A stretch of 64,000 nt of DNA, taken from the NCBI RefSeq assembly GCF_009914755.1, contig NC_060933.1. One strand, written 5' to 3'. The notes beneath the pieces are model-generated. The model saw only the letters and a program-made list of their open reading frames with translations, did no database searches and was not told the origin of the DNA. A program made the position numbers and the translations under genes. The DNA is from the human T2T-CHM13v2.0 reference genome, Homo sapiens. Within the stretch, counting starts at the first letter, position 1. Each line of letters opens with the position of its first letter. Shown here piece by piece: positions 1 to 14,499 of the stretch.

Positions 1-567
1 AATGGATTGGAATATAATGGAGTGTAAGGGAATTGAATAGAATCAATCTGAATGTAATGAAAGGGTATGGAACGGAATGGAATGGAATGGAATGAAATGG
101 AATGCAATGGAATGGAATCAAAACGAGTGCAATCGAATGGAATCGAATGGAATGGAATGCAATGGAATGGATTCAACTTGAATGGAATGGAAAGAATGGA
201 ATCAACACGAGTGGAATGGCATGGATTGGAATGGAATAGAATGGAATCAACCCGAGTATAAGGGAATGGAATGGAATGGAATGCAATGGAATGGAATCAT
301 CCGTAATGGAATGGAAAGGAATGGAATGGAATGGAATGGAATGGAATGGAATGGAATGGAATCAACACGATTGCAATCGAATGGAATGGAATGGAATTAA
401 CCCGAATAGAATGGAATGGAATGGAATGGAACGGAACGGAATGGAATGGAATGGAATGGAATGGAATGGAATGCAACGGAAAGGAAGGGAATGGAATGGA
501 ATAGAATGGAATGGAATGGAATCAACGCGAGTGCAGGGGAATGGAATGGAATGGAATGCAATGGAAT

Positions 568-582
568 GGAATCTTCCGGAAT
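568..582. promoter_or_regulatory. Consensus heat-shock element motif nGAAn-nTTCn-nGAAn (GGAAT CTTCC GGAAT); first of ~30 copies in the window
   Basis: Exact match to the three-pentamer inverted HSE. Other copies start at 1396, 3527, 5405, 6262, 8698, 9531, 11662, 13540, 14392, 15706, 17425, 20370, 24578, 28766, 35045, 39233 and 42528, with more after 44 kb. This is a motif match only, and occupancy is not shown. Confidence 0.5.
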
Positions 583-662
583 GGAATGGAATGGAATGGA
601 ATGGAATGGAATGGAATCAACCCGAGTGCAATGGAATGGAGTGGAATGGAATGGAATGGAAT

Positions 663-907
663 GGAACAACCCGAATGGAATGGAATGTAATGGAGAGTAA
701 GGGAGTTGAATAGAATCAATCAGAATGTAATGGAATGGAATGAAACGGAATGGAATTGAATGGAATGGAATGGAATGCAATGGAATGGAATCAACCCGAG
801 TGCAATGGAATGGAGAGGAATGGAATGCAATGGAATGGAAACTACCCAAATGGAATGGAATGTAATGGAGTGTAAGGGAATTGAATAGAATCAATCCGAA
901 TGTAATG
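663..907 (+). repeat. Paired ~70-bp complex modules spaced 175 bp apart (representative copy)
   Basis: GGAACAACCCGAAT...GGAGAGTAAGGGAGTTGAATAGAATCAAT is followed by GGAAACTACCC...GGAGTGTAAGGGAATTGAATAGAATCAATCC. TTGAAT positions are 706/881, 5538/5713, 19665/19840, 48615/48790, 51487/51662, 56865/57040 and 60583/60758. Confidence 0.75.
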
Positions 908-3900
908 GAATGGTATGGAACGGAATGGAACGGAATGGAATGGAATGGAATGGAATGGAATGGAATGCAATGGAATGGAATCAACCCGAGTGCAATCGAA
1001 TGGAATCGAATGGAATGGAATGCAATGGAATGGATTCAACTTGAATGGAATGGAAAGAATGGAATCAACACGAGTGGAATGGCATGGATTGGAATGGAAT
1101 GGAATGGAATCAACCCGAGTACAGGGGAATGGAATGGAATGGAATGCAATGGAATGGAATCATCCGTAAAGGAATGGAAAGGAATGGAATGGAATGGAAT
1201 GGAATGGAATGGAATGGAATGGAATGGAATCAACTCGATTGCAATCGAATGGAATGGAATGGAATTAACCCGTATAGAATGGAATGGTACGGAACGGAAT
1301 GGAATGGAATGGAATGGAATGGAATTGAATGGAATGGAATGGAACGGAATCAACGCGACTGCAGGGGAATGGAATGGAATGGAATGCAATGGAATGGAAT
1401 CTTCCGGAATGGAATGGAATGGAATGGAATGGAATGAAATGCAATGGATTCAACTCGATTGCAATGGAATGGAATAGAATGGATTGGAATGGAATGGAAT
1501 GGAATTAATTCGAATAGAATGGAATGGAATGGAATGGAACGGAATGGAACGGAATGGAATGGAATGGAATGGAATGGAATGGTATGGAATGCAATGGAAT
1601 GGTACGGAATAGAATGGAATGGAAAGAATTGTAATGGAATGGAATTGAATGGAATGGAATGGAATGGAATGGAATCAACGCGAGTGCAGGGGAATGTAAT
1701 GGAACGGAATGCAATGGAATGGAATCATCCGGAATGGAATGGAATGGAATGGAATGGAATGGAATGGAATGGAGTGGAATCAACCCGAGAGCAATGGAAT
1801 GGAGTGGAATGGAATGGAATGGAATGGAACAACCCGAATGGAATGGAATGTAATGGAGAGTAAGGGAGTTGAATAGAATCAATCCGAATGTAATGGAATG
1901 GAATGCAACGGAATGGAATGGAATGGAATGCAATGGAATTGAATCAACCCGAGTACAATGGAATGGAATGGAATGGAATGGAATGGAATGGAATGGATTG
2001 GAATGGAATGATACGGAATAGAATGGAATGGAACGAAATGGAATGGAATGGAATGGAATGGAATGGAATGGAATGGAATGAAATGGAATGGAATGGAATG
2101 GAATGAAATGGAATGGAATGGAATGGAATCGTTCCGAGTGGAATAGGAGGGAATGTATTCGAGTGGAATGGAAAGGAATGGTATCAACCAGAGTGGAATG
2201 GAAGGGAATGGAATGGAATGGAAACTAATAGAATGGAATCAACCCGAGTGGAATGGAATGGAAAGGACTGGAATGGAATGGAATGGAATGGAATCAACTC
2301 GATTGTAATGGAATGGAATGGCATGGAATGGAATGGAATTAACCCGAATACAATGGAATGGGATGGAATGGAACGGAATGGAGTGGAATGGAATGGAATC
2401 AACCCGAGTGCAGGAGAATGGAATGGAATGGAATGCAATGGAATGGAATCATCCGGAATGGAATGGAATGGAATGGAATGCAAAGCAATGGAATCAACTC
2501 GATTGCAATGGAATGGAATGGAATGGAAAGGAATACATTGGAATCAACCCGAGTGGAATGGAATGGAAAGGACTGGAATGGAGTGGAATGGAATGGAATG
2601 GAATGGAATGGAATCAACTCGATTGGAATGGAATGGAATGGAATGGAATGGAATGGAATTAACCCCAATAGAATGGAATGGAATGGAATGGAACGGAACG
2701 GAATGGAATGGAATGGAATTGAATGGAATGGAATAAACCCGAGTGCAATGGAATGGAGTGGAATGGAATGGAATGGAATGGAACAACCCGAATGGAATGG
2801 AATGTAATGGAGAGTAAGGGAGTTGAATAGAATCAATCCGAATGTAATGGAATGGAATGGAACGGAATGGAATTGAATGGAATGGAATGGAATGGAATCA
2901 ACCCGAGTGCAATGGAATGGAGAGGAATGGAATGGAATGGAATGGAAACTACCCGAATGGAATGGAATGTAATGGAGTGTAAGGGAATTGAATAGAATCA
3001 ATCCGAATGTAATGGAATGGAATGGAATGGAATGGAATGGAATGGAATGGAATGGAATGGAATGCAATGGAATGGAATCAACCCGAGTGCAATCGAATGG
3101 AATCGAATGGAATGGAATGCAATGGAATGGATTCAACTTGAATGGAATGGAAAGAATGGAATCAACACGAGTGGAATGGCATGGATTGGAATGGAATGGA
3201 ATGGAATCAACCCGAGTACAGGGGAATGGAATGGAATGGAATGCAATGGAATGGAATCATCCGTAATGGAATGGAAAGGAATGGAATGGAATGGAATGGA
3301 ATGGAATGGAATGGAATGGAATCAACTCGATTGCAATCGAATGGAATGGAATGGAATTAACCCGAATAGAATGGAATGGAATGGAATGGAACGCAACGGA
3401 ATGGAATGGAATGGAACGGAATGGAATGGAACGGAACAGAACGGAATGGATGGAATGGAATGGAATGGAATGGAATGGAATCAACGCGAGTGCAGGGGAA
3501 TGGAATGGAATGGAATGCAATGGAATGGAATCTTCCGGAATGGAATGGAATGGAATGGAATGGAATGGAATGAAATGCAATGGATTCAACTCGATTGCAA
3601 TGGAATGGAATAGAATGGAATGGAATGGAATGGAATGGAATGGAATTAACCCGAATAGAATGGAATGGAATGGAATGGAACGGAATGGAACGGAATGCAA
3701 TGGAATGGAATGGAATGGAATGGTATGGAATGGAATGGAATGGTACGGAATAGAATGGAATGGAACGAATTGTAATGGAATGGAATTGAATGGAATGAAA
3801 TGGAATGGAATGGAATGGAATGGAATCAACGCGAGTGCAGGGGAATGTAATGGAACGAAATGCAATGGAATGGAATCATGCGGAATGGAATGGAATGGAA

Positions 3901-6885
3901 TGGAATGGAATGGAATGGAATCAACCCGAGTGCAATGGAATGGAGTGGAATGGAATGGAATGGAATGGAACAACCCGAATGGAATGGAATGTAATGGAGA
4001 GTAAGGGAGTTGAATAGAATCAATCCGAATGTAATGGAATGGAATTCAATGGAATGGAAAGGAATGGAATGGAATGGAAAGGAATGGAATGGAATGGAAT
4101 GGAATGGAATGCCTTCAAACCGAATGTAATGGAAAGGAATGGAATCAACACGAGTGGAATGGAATGGAATGGAATGGAATCGAATGGAATGGAATAATAT
4201 GGAATAGAATGGAATGGAACGAAATGGAATGGAACGAAATGGAATGGAATGGAATGGAATGGAATGGAATGGAATGATACGGAATAGAATGGAATGGAAC
4301 GAAATGGAGTGGAATGGAATGGAATGGAATGAAATGGAATGGAATGGAATCGTTCCTAGTGGAATAGGAGGGAATGTATTCGAGTGGAATGGAAAGGAAT
4401 GGTATCAACCAGAGTGGAATGGAAGGGAATGGAATGGAATGGAAACTAATAGAATGGAATCAACCCGAGTGGAATGGAATGGAAAGGACTGGAATGGAAT
4501 GGAATGGAATGGAATCAACTCGATTGTAATGGAATGGAATGGAATGGAATGGAATGGAATGGAATGGAATTAACCCGAATACAATGGAATGGAATGGAAT
4601 GGAATGGAATGGAGTGGAATGGAATGGAATCAACCCGAGTGCAGGGTAATGGAATGGAATGGAATGCAATGGAATGGAATCATCCGGAATGGAATGGAAT
4701 GGAATGGAATGCAAAGCAATGGAATCAACTCGATTGCAATGGAATGGAATGGAATGGAAAGGAATACATTGGAATCAACCCGAGTGGAATGGAATGGAAA
4801 GGACTGGAATGGAGTGGAATGGAATGGAATGGAATGGAATGGAAACAACTCGATTGGAATGGAATGGAATGGAATGGAATGGAATTAACCCGAATAGAAT
4901 GGAATTGAATGGAATGGAAAGGAACGGAATGGAATGGAATGGAATGGAATGGAATGGAATCAACCCGACTGCAGGGGAATGGAATGGAATGGAATGCAAT
5001 GGAATGGATTCAACTTCAATGGAATGGAAAGAATGGAATCAACACGAGTGGAATGGCATGGATTGGAATGGAATGGAATGGAATTAACCCGAGTACAAGG
5101 GAATGGAATGGAATGGAATGCAATGGAATGGAATCATCCGTAATGGAATGGAAAGGAATGGAATGGAATGGAATGGAATGGAATAGAATGGAATGGAATC
5201 AACTCGATTGCAATCGAATGGAATGGAATGGAATTAACCCGAATAAAATGGAATGGAATCGAATGGAACGGAACGGAACGGAATGGAATGGATTGGAATG
5301 GAATGGAATGGAATGGAACGGAATGGAATGGAATGGAATGGAATGGAATGGAATGGAATCAACGCGAGTGCAGGGGAATGGAATGGAATGGAATGCAATG
5401 GAATGGAATCTTCCGGAATGGAATGGAATGGAATGGAATGGAATGGAATAAACCCGAGTACAATGGAATGGAGTGGAATGGAATGGAATGGAATGGAACA
5501 ACCCGAATGGAATGGAATGTAATGGAGAGTAAGGGAGTTGAATAGAATCAATCCGAATGTAATGGAATGGAATGGAACGGAATGGAATTGAATGGAATGG
5601 AATGGAATGCAATGGAATGGAATCAACCCGAGAGCAATGGAATGGAGAGGAATGGAATGGAATGGAATGGAAACTACCCGAATGGAATGGAATGTAATGG
5701 AGGGTAAGGGAATTGAATAGAATCAATCTGAATCTAATGGAATGGAATGGAACGGAATGGAATGGAATGGAATGGAATGGAATGGAATGGAATGGAATGC
5801 AATGGAATGGAATGAACCCGAGTGCAATCGAATGGAATCGAATGGAATGGAATGCAATGGAATGGATTCAACTTGAATGGAATGGAAAGAATGGAATCAA
5901 CACGAGTGGAATGGCATGGATTGGAATGGAATGGAATGGAATCAACCCGAGTACAGGGGAATGGAATGGAATGGAATGCAATGGAATGGAATCATCCGTA
6001 ATGGAATGGAAAGGAATGGAATGGAATGGAATGGAATGGAATGGAATGGAATGGAATCAACTCGATTGCAATCGAATGGAATGGAATGGAATTAACCCGA
6101 ATAGAATGGAATGGAATGGAATGGAACGGAACGGAATGGAATGGAATGGAATGGAAAGGAATGGAACGGAACGGAACGGAATGGATGAAATGGAATGGAA
6201 TGGAATGGAATGGAATCAAAGCGAGTGCAAGGGAATGGAATGGAATGGAATGCAATGGAATGGAATCTTCCGGAATGGAATGGAATGGAATGGAATGGAA
6301 TGAAATGCAATGGATTCAACTCGATTGCAATGGAATGGAATAGAATGGAATGGAATGGAATGGAACGGAATGGAATTAACCCGAATAGAATGGAATGGAA
6401 TGGAATGGAACGGAATGGAACGGAATGGAATGGAATGGAATGGAATGGAATGGTATGGAATGGAATGGAATGGTACGGAATAGAATGGAATGGAACGAAT
6501 TGTAATGGAATGGAATTGAATGGAATGGAATGGAATGGAATGGAATCAACGCGAGTGCAGGGGAATGTAATGGAACGGAATGCAATGGAATGGAATCATC
6601 CGGAATGGAATGGAATGGAATGGAATGGAATGGAATGGAATCAACCCGAGTGCAATGGAATGGAGTGGAATGGAATGGAATGGAATGGAACAACCCGAAT
6701 GGAATGGAATGTAATGGAGAGTAAGGGAGTTGAATATAATCAATCCGAATGTAATGGAATTGGATGCAACGGAATGGAAAGGAATGGAATGGAATGGAAT
6801 GGAATGCAATGGAATGGAGTCAACCCGAGTACAATGGAATGGAATGGAATGGAATGGAATGGAATGGAATGGAATGGAATGGAAT

Positions 6886-7740
6886 TAACCCGAATACAAT
6901 GGAATGGAATGGAATGGAATGGAATGGAGTGGAATGGAATGGAATCAACCCGAGTGCAGGGTAATGGAATGGAATGGAATGCAATGGAATGGAATCATCC
7001 GGAATGGAATGGAATGGAATGGAATGCAAAGCAATGGAATCAACTCGATTGCAATGGAATGGAATGGAATGGAAAGGAATACATTGGAATCAACCCGAGT
7101 GGAATGGAATGGAAAGGACTGGAATGGAGTGGAATGGAATGGAATGGAATGGAATGGAAACAACTCGATTGGAATGGAATGGAATGGAATGGAATGGAAT
7201 TAACCCGAATAGAATGGAATTGAATGGAATGGAAAGGAACGGAATGGAATGGAATGGAATGGAATGGAATGGAATGGAATGGAATCAACCCGACTGCAGG
7301 GGAATGGAATGGAATGGAATGCAATGGAATGGATTCAACTTCAATGGAATGGAAAGAATGGAATCAACACGAGTGGAATGGCATGGATTGGAATGGAATG
7401 GAATGGAATTAACCCGAGTACAAGGGAATGGAATGGAATGGAATGCAATGGAATGGAATCATCCGTAATGGAATGGAAAGGAATGGAATGGAATGGAATG
7501 GAATGGAATAGAATGGAATGGAATCAACTCGATTGCAATCGAATGGAATGGAATGGAATTAACCCGAATAAAATGGAATGGAATCGAATGGAACGGAACG
7601 GAACGGAATGGAATGGATTGGAATGGAATGGAATGGAATGGAACGGAATGGAATGGAATGGAATGGAATGGAATGGAATGGAATGGAATCAACCCGAGTG
7701 CAGGGGAATGGAATGGAATGGAATGCAATGGAATGGAATC
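6886..7740 (+). repeat. ~850-bp block duplicated inside the 8.13-kb unit (matches ~4570-5410 and ~12705-13545)
   Basis: Identical ORFs at 4589 vs 6904 and 4630 vs 6945 (offset 2315, rising to 2325-2330). Shared private markers are GCAGGGTAAT, GGAAACAACTCGATT, CAACCCGACTGCAG, CAACTTCAAT and CCCGAATAAAAT. Confidence 0.88.
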
Positions 7741-10700
7741 AACCCGAGTACAATGGAACGGAATGGAATGGAATGTAATGAAATGTAATGTAATGGAATG
7801 GAATGGAATGGAATCAACCCGAGTGCAATGGAATGGAGAGGAATGTATGGAATGGAATGGAAACTACCCGAATGGAATGGAATGGAATGGAGTGTAAGGG
7901 AATTGAATAGAATCAATCCGAATGGAATGGAATGGAATGGAAAGGAATGTAATGTAATGGAATGGAATGGAATCAACCCGAGTGCAGGGGAATGGAATGG
8001 AATGGAATGCAATGGAATGGAGTCATCCGGAATGGAATGGAATGGAATGCAATGGAATGGAATGGAATGGAATCAACCCGAGTGCAATGGAATGGAGTGA
8101 AATGGAATGGAATGGAATAGAGACAACCAGAATGGATTGGAATATAATGGAGTGTAAGGGAATTGAATAGAATCAATCTGAATGTAATGAAAGGGTATGG
8201 AACGGAATGGAATGGAATGGAATGAAATGGAATGCAATGGAATGGAATCAAAACGAGTGCAATCGAATGGAATCGAATGGAATGGAATGCAATGGAATGG
8301 ATTCAACTTGAATGGAATGGAAAGAATGGAATCAACACGAGTGGAATGGCATGGATTGGAATGGAATAGAATGGAATCAACCCGAGTATAAGGGAATGGA
8401 ATGGAATGGAATGCAATGGAATGGAATCATCCGTAATGGAATGGAAAGGAATGGAATGGAATGGAATGGAATGGAATGGAATGGAATGGAATCAACACGA
8501 TTGCAATCGAATGGAATGGAATGGAATTAACCCGAATAGAATGGAATGGAATGGAATGGAACGGAACGGAATGGAATGGAATGGAATGGAATGGAATGGA
8601 ATGCAACGGAAAGGAAGGGAATGGAATGGAATAGAATGGAATGGAATGGAATCAACGCGAGTGCAGGGGAATGGAATGGAATGGAATGCAATGGAATGGA
8701 ATCTTCCGGAATGGAATGGAATGGAATGGAATGGAATGGAATGGAATCAACCCGAGTGCAATGGAATGGAGTGGAATGGAATGGAATGGAATGGAACAAC
8801 CCGAATGGAATGGAATGTAATGGAGAGTAAGGGAGTTGAATAGAATCAATCAGAATGTAATGGAATGGAATGAAACGGAATGGAATTGAATGGAATGGAA
8901 TGGAATGCAATGGAATGGAATCAACCCGAGTGCAATGGAATGGAGAGGAATGGAATGCAATGGAATGGAAACTACCCAAATGGAATGGAATGTAATGGAG
9001 TGTAAGGGAATTGAATAGAATCAATCCGAATGTAATGGAATGGTATGGAACGGAATGGAACGGAATGGAATGGAATGGAATGGAATGGAATGGAATGCAA
9101 TGGAATGGAATCAACCCGAGTGCAATCGAATGGAATCGAATGGAATGGAATGCAATGGAATGGATTCAACTTGAATGGAATGGAAAGAATGGAATCAACA
9201 CGAGTGGAATGGCATGGATTGGAATGGAATGGAATGGAATCAACCCGAGTACAGGGGAATGGAATGGAATGGAATGCAATGGAATGGAATCATCCGTAAA
9301 GGAATGGAAAGGAATGGAATGGAATGGAATGGAATGGAATGGAATGGAATGGAATGGAATGGAATCAACTCGATTGCAATCGAATGGAATGGAATGGAAT
9401 TAACCCATATAGAATGGAATGGTACGGAACGGAATGGAATGGAATGGAATGGAATGGAATTGAATGGAATGGAATGGAACGGAATCAACGCGACTGCAGG
9501 GGAATGGAATGGAATGGAATGCAATGGAATGGAATCTTCCGGAATGGAATGGAATGGAATGGAATGGAATGAAATGCAATGGATTCAACTCGATTGCAAT
9601 GGAATGGAATAGAATGGATTGGAATGGAATGGAATGGAATTAATTCGAATAGAATGGAATGGAATGGAATGGAACGGAATGGAACGGAATGGAATGGAAT
9701 GGAATGGAATGGAATGGTATGGAATGCAATGGAATGGTACGGAATAGAATGGAATGGAAAGAATTGTAATGGAATGGAATTGAATGGAATGGAATGGAAT
9801 GGAATGGAATCAACGCGAGTGCAGGGGAATGTAATGGAACGGAATGCAATGGAATGGAATCATCCGGAATGGAATGGAATGGAATGGAATGGAATGGAAT
9901 GGAATGGAGTGGAATCAACCCGAGAGCAATGGAATGGAGTGGAATGGAATGGAATGGAATGGAACAACCCGAATGGAATGGAATGTAATGGAGAGTAAGG
10001 GAGTTGAATAGAATCAATCCGAATGTAATGGAATGGAATGCAACGGAATGGAATGGAATGGAATGCAATGGAATTGAATCAACCCGAGTACAATGGAATG
10101 GAATGGAATGGAATGGAATGGAATGGAATGGATTGGAATGGAATGATACGGAATAGAATGGAATGGAACGAAATGGAATGGAATGGAATGGAATGGAATG
10201 GAATGGAATGGAATGAAATGGAATGGAATGGAATGGAATGAAATGGAATGGAATGGAATGGAATCGTTCCGAGTGGAATAGGAGGGAATGTATTCGAGTG
10301 GAATGGAAAGGAATGGTATCAACCAGAGTGGAATGGAAGGGAATGGAATGGAATGGAAACTAATAGAATGGAATCAACCCGAGTGGAATGGAATGGAAAG
10401 GACTGGAATGGAATGGAATGGAATGGAATCAACTCGATTGTAATGGAATGGAATGGCATGGAATGGAATGGAATTAACCCGAATACAATGGAATGGGATG
10501 GAATGGAACGGAATGGAGTGGAATGGAATGGAATCAACCCGAGTGCAGGAGAATGGAATGGAATGGAATGCAATGGAATGGAATCATCCGGAATGGAATG
10601 GAATGGAATGGAATGCAAAGCAATGGAATCAACTCGATTGCAATGGAATGGAATGGAATGGAAAGGAATACATTGGAATCAACCCGAGTGGAATGGAATG

Positions 10701-13700
10701 GAAAGGACTGGAATGGAGTGGAATGGAATGGAATGGAATGGAATGGAATCAACTCGATTGGAATGGAATGGAATGGAATGGAATGGAATGGAATTAACCC
10801 CAATAGAATGGAATGGAATGGAATGGAACGGAACGGAATGGAATGGAATGGAATTGAATGGAATGGAATAAACCCGAGTGCAATGGAATGGAGTGGAATG
10901 GAATGGAATGGAATGGAACAACCCGAATGGAATGGAATGTAATGGAGAGTAAGGGAGTTGAATAGAATCAATCCGAATGTAATGGAATGGAATGGAACGG
11001 AATGGAATTGAATGGAATGGAATGGAATGGAATCAACCCGAGTGCAATGGAATGGAGAGGAATGGAATGGAATGGAATGGAAACTACCCTAATGGAATGG
11101 AATGTAATGGAGTGTAAGGGAATTGAATAGAATCAATCCGAATGTAATGGAATGGAATGGAATGGAATGGAATGGAATGGAATGGAATGGAATGGAATGC
11201 AATGGAATGGAATCAACCCGAGTGCAATCGAATGGAATCGAATGGAATGGAATGCAATGGAATGGATTCAACTTGAATGGAATGGAAAGAATGGAATCAA
11301 CACGAGTGGAATGGCATGGATTGGAATGGAATGGAATGGAATCAACCCGAGTACAGGGGAATGGAATGGAATGGAATGCAATGGAATGGAATCATCCGTA
11401 ATGGAATGGAAAGGAATGGAATGGAATGGAATGGAATGGAATGGAATGGAATGGAATCAACTCGATTGCAATCGAATGGAATGGAATGGAATTAACCCGA
11501 ATAGAATGGAATGGAATGGAATGGAACGCAACGGAATGGAATGGAATGGAACGGAATGGAATGGAACGGAACAGAACGGAATGGATGGAATGGAATGGAA
11601 TGGAATGGAATGGAATCAACGCGAGTGCAGGGGAATGGAATGGAATGGAATGCAATGGAATGGAATCTTCCGGAATGGAATGGAATGGAATGGAATGGAA
11701 TGGAATGAAATGCAATGGATTCAACTCGATTGCAATGGAATGGAATAGAATGGAATGGAATGGAATGGAATGGAATGGAATTAACCCGAATAGAATGGAA
11801 TGGAATGGAATGGAACGGAATGGAACGGAATGCAATGGAATGGAATGGAATGGAATGGTATGGAATGGAATGGAATGGTACGGAATAGAATGGAATGGAA
11901 CGAATTGTAATGGAATGGAATTGAATGGAATGAAATGGAATGGAATGGAATGGAATGGAATCAACGCGAGTGCAGGGGAATGTAATGGAACGAAATGCAA
12001 TGGAATGGAATCATGCGGAATGGAATGGAATGGAATGGAATGGAATGGAATGGAATCAACCCGAGTGCAATGGAATGGAGTGGAATGGAATGGAATGGAA
12101 TGGAACAACCCGAATGGAATGGAATGTAATGGAGAGTAAGGGAGTTGAATAGAATCAATCCGAATGTAATGGAATGGAATTCAATGGAATGGAAAGGAAT
12201 GGAATGGAATGGAAAGGAATGGAATGGAATGGAATGGAATGGAATGCCTTCAAACCGAATGTAATGGAAAGGAATGGAATCAACACGAGTGGAATGGAAT
12301 GGAATGGAATGGAATCGAATGGAATGGAATAATATGGAATAGAATGGAATGGAACGAAATGGAATGGAACGAAATGGAATGGAATGGAATGGAATGGAAT
12401 GGAATGGAATGATACGGAATAGAATGGAATGGAACGAAATGGAGTGGAATGGAATGGAATGGAATGAAATGGAATGGAATGGAATCGTTCCTAGTGGAAT
12501 AGGAGGGAATGTATTCGAGTGGAATGGAAAGGAATGGTATCAACCAGAGTGGAATGGAAGGGAATGGAATGGAATGGAAACTAATAGAATGGAATCAACC
12601 CGAGTGGAATGGAATGGAAAGGACTGGAATGGAATGGAATGGAATGGAATCAACTCGATTGTAATGGAATGGAATGGAATGGAATGGAATGGAATGGAAT
12701 GGAATTAACCCGAATACAATGGAATGGAATGGAATGGAATGGAATGGAGTGGAATGGAATGGAATCAACCCGAGTGCAGGGTAATGGAATGGAATGGAAT
12801 GCAATGGAATGGAATCATCCGGAATGGAATGGAATGGAATGGAATGCAAAGCAATGGAATCAACTCGATTGCAATGGAATGGAATGGAATGGAAAGGAAT
12901 ACATTGGAATCAACCCGAGTGGAATGGAATGGAAAGGACTGGAATGGAGTGGAATGGAATGGAATGGAATGGAATGGAAACAACTCGATTGGAATGGAAT
13001 GGAATGGAATGGAATGGAATTAACCCGAATAGAATGGAATTGAATGGAATGGAAAGGAACGGAATGGAATGGAATGGAATGGAATGGAATGGAATCAACC
13101 CGACTGCAGGGGAATGGAATGGAATGGAATGCAATGGAATGGATTCAACTTCAATGGAATGGAAAGAATGGAATCAACACGAGTGGAATGGCATGGATTG
13201 GAATGGAATGGAATGGAATTAACCCGAGTACAAGGGAATGGAATGGAATGGAATGCAATGGAATGGAATCATCCGTAATGGAATGGAAAGGAATGGAATG
13301 GAATGGAATGGAATGGAATAGAATGGAATGGAATCAACTCGATTGCAATCGAATGGAATGGAATGGAATTAACCCGAATAAAATGGAATGGAATCGAATG
13401 GAACGGAACGGAACGGAATGGAATGGATTGGAATGGAATGGAATGGAATGGAACGGAATGGAATGGAATGGAATGGAATGGAATGGAATGGAATCAACGC
13501 GAGTGCAGGGGAATGGAATGGAATGGAATGCAATGGAATGGAATCTTCCGGAATGGAATGGAATGGAATGGAATGGAATGGAATAAACCCGAGTACAATG
13601 GAATGGAGTGGAATGGAATGGAATGGAATGGAACAACCCGAATGGAATGGAATGTAATGGAGAGTAAGGGAGTTGAATAGAATCAATCCGAATGTAATGG

Positions 13701-14499
13701 AATGGAATGGAACGGAATGGAATTGAATGGAATGGAATGGAATGCAATGGAATGGAATCAACCCGAGAGCAATGGAATGGAGAGGAATGGAATGGAATGG
13801 AATGGAAACTACCCGAATGGAATGGAATGTAATGGAGGGTAAGGGAATTGAATAGAATCAATCTGAATCTAATGGAATGGAATGGAACGGAATGGAATGG
13901 AATGGAATGGAATGGAATGGAATGGAATGCAATGGAATGGAATGAACCCGAGTGCAATCGAATGGAATCGAATGGAATGGAATGCAATGGAATGGATTCA
14001 ACTTGAATGGAATGGAAAGAATGGAATCAACACGAGTGGAATGGCATGGATTGGAATGGAATGGAATGGAATCAACCCGAGTACAGGGGAATGGAATGGA
14101 ATGGAATGCAATGGAATGGAATCATCCGTAATGGAATGGAAAGGAATGGAATGGAATGGAATGGAATGGAATGGAATGGAATGGAATCAACTCGATTGCA
14201 ATCGAATGGAATGGAATGGAATTAACCCGAATAGAATGGAATGGAATGGAATGGAACGGAACGGAATGGAATGGAATGGAATGGAAAGGAATGGAACGGA
14301 ACGGAACGGAATGGATGAAATGGAATGGAATGGAATGGAATGGAATCAAAGCGAGTGCAAGGGAATGGAATGGAATGGAATGCAATGGAATGGAATCTTC
14401 CGGAATGGAATGGAATGGAATGGAATGGAATGAAATGCAATGGATTCAACTCGATTGCAATGGAATGGAATAGAATGGAATGGAATGGAATGGAACGGA

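Noticed and set aside
690-725. G-rich module (GGAGAGTAAGGGAGTT, GCAGGGG) as a G-quadruplex, or GAATAGAATCA as a DUX4 site
   Set aside because: There are never four closely spaced G3 tracts, and the match to the DUX4 TAAYYBAATCA consensus is poor.
2131-2165. GTTCCGAGT / GTATTCGAGT resembling a Pol III B-box or tRNA T-loop, and AGGAGG resembling a Shine-Dalgarno site
   Set aside because: These are in-register pentamer variants. There is no A-box, cloverleaf or poly-T terminator, and a ribosome-binding site is meaningless in this context.
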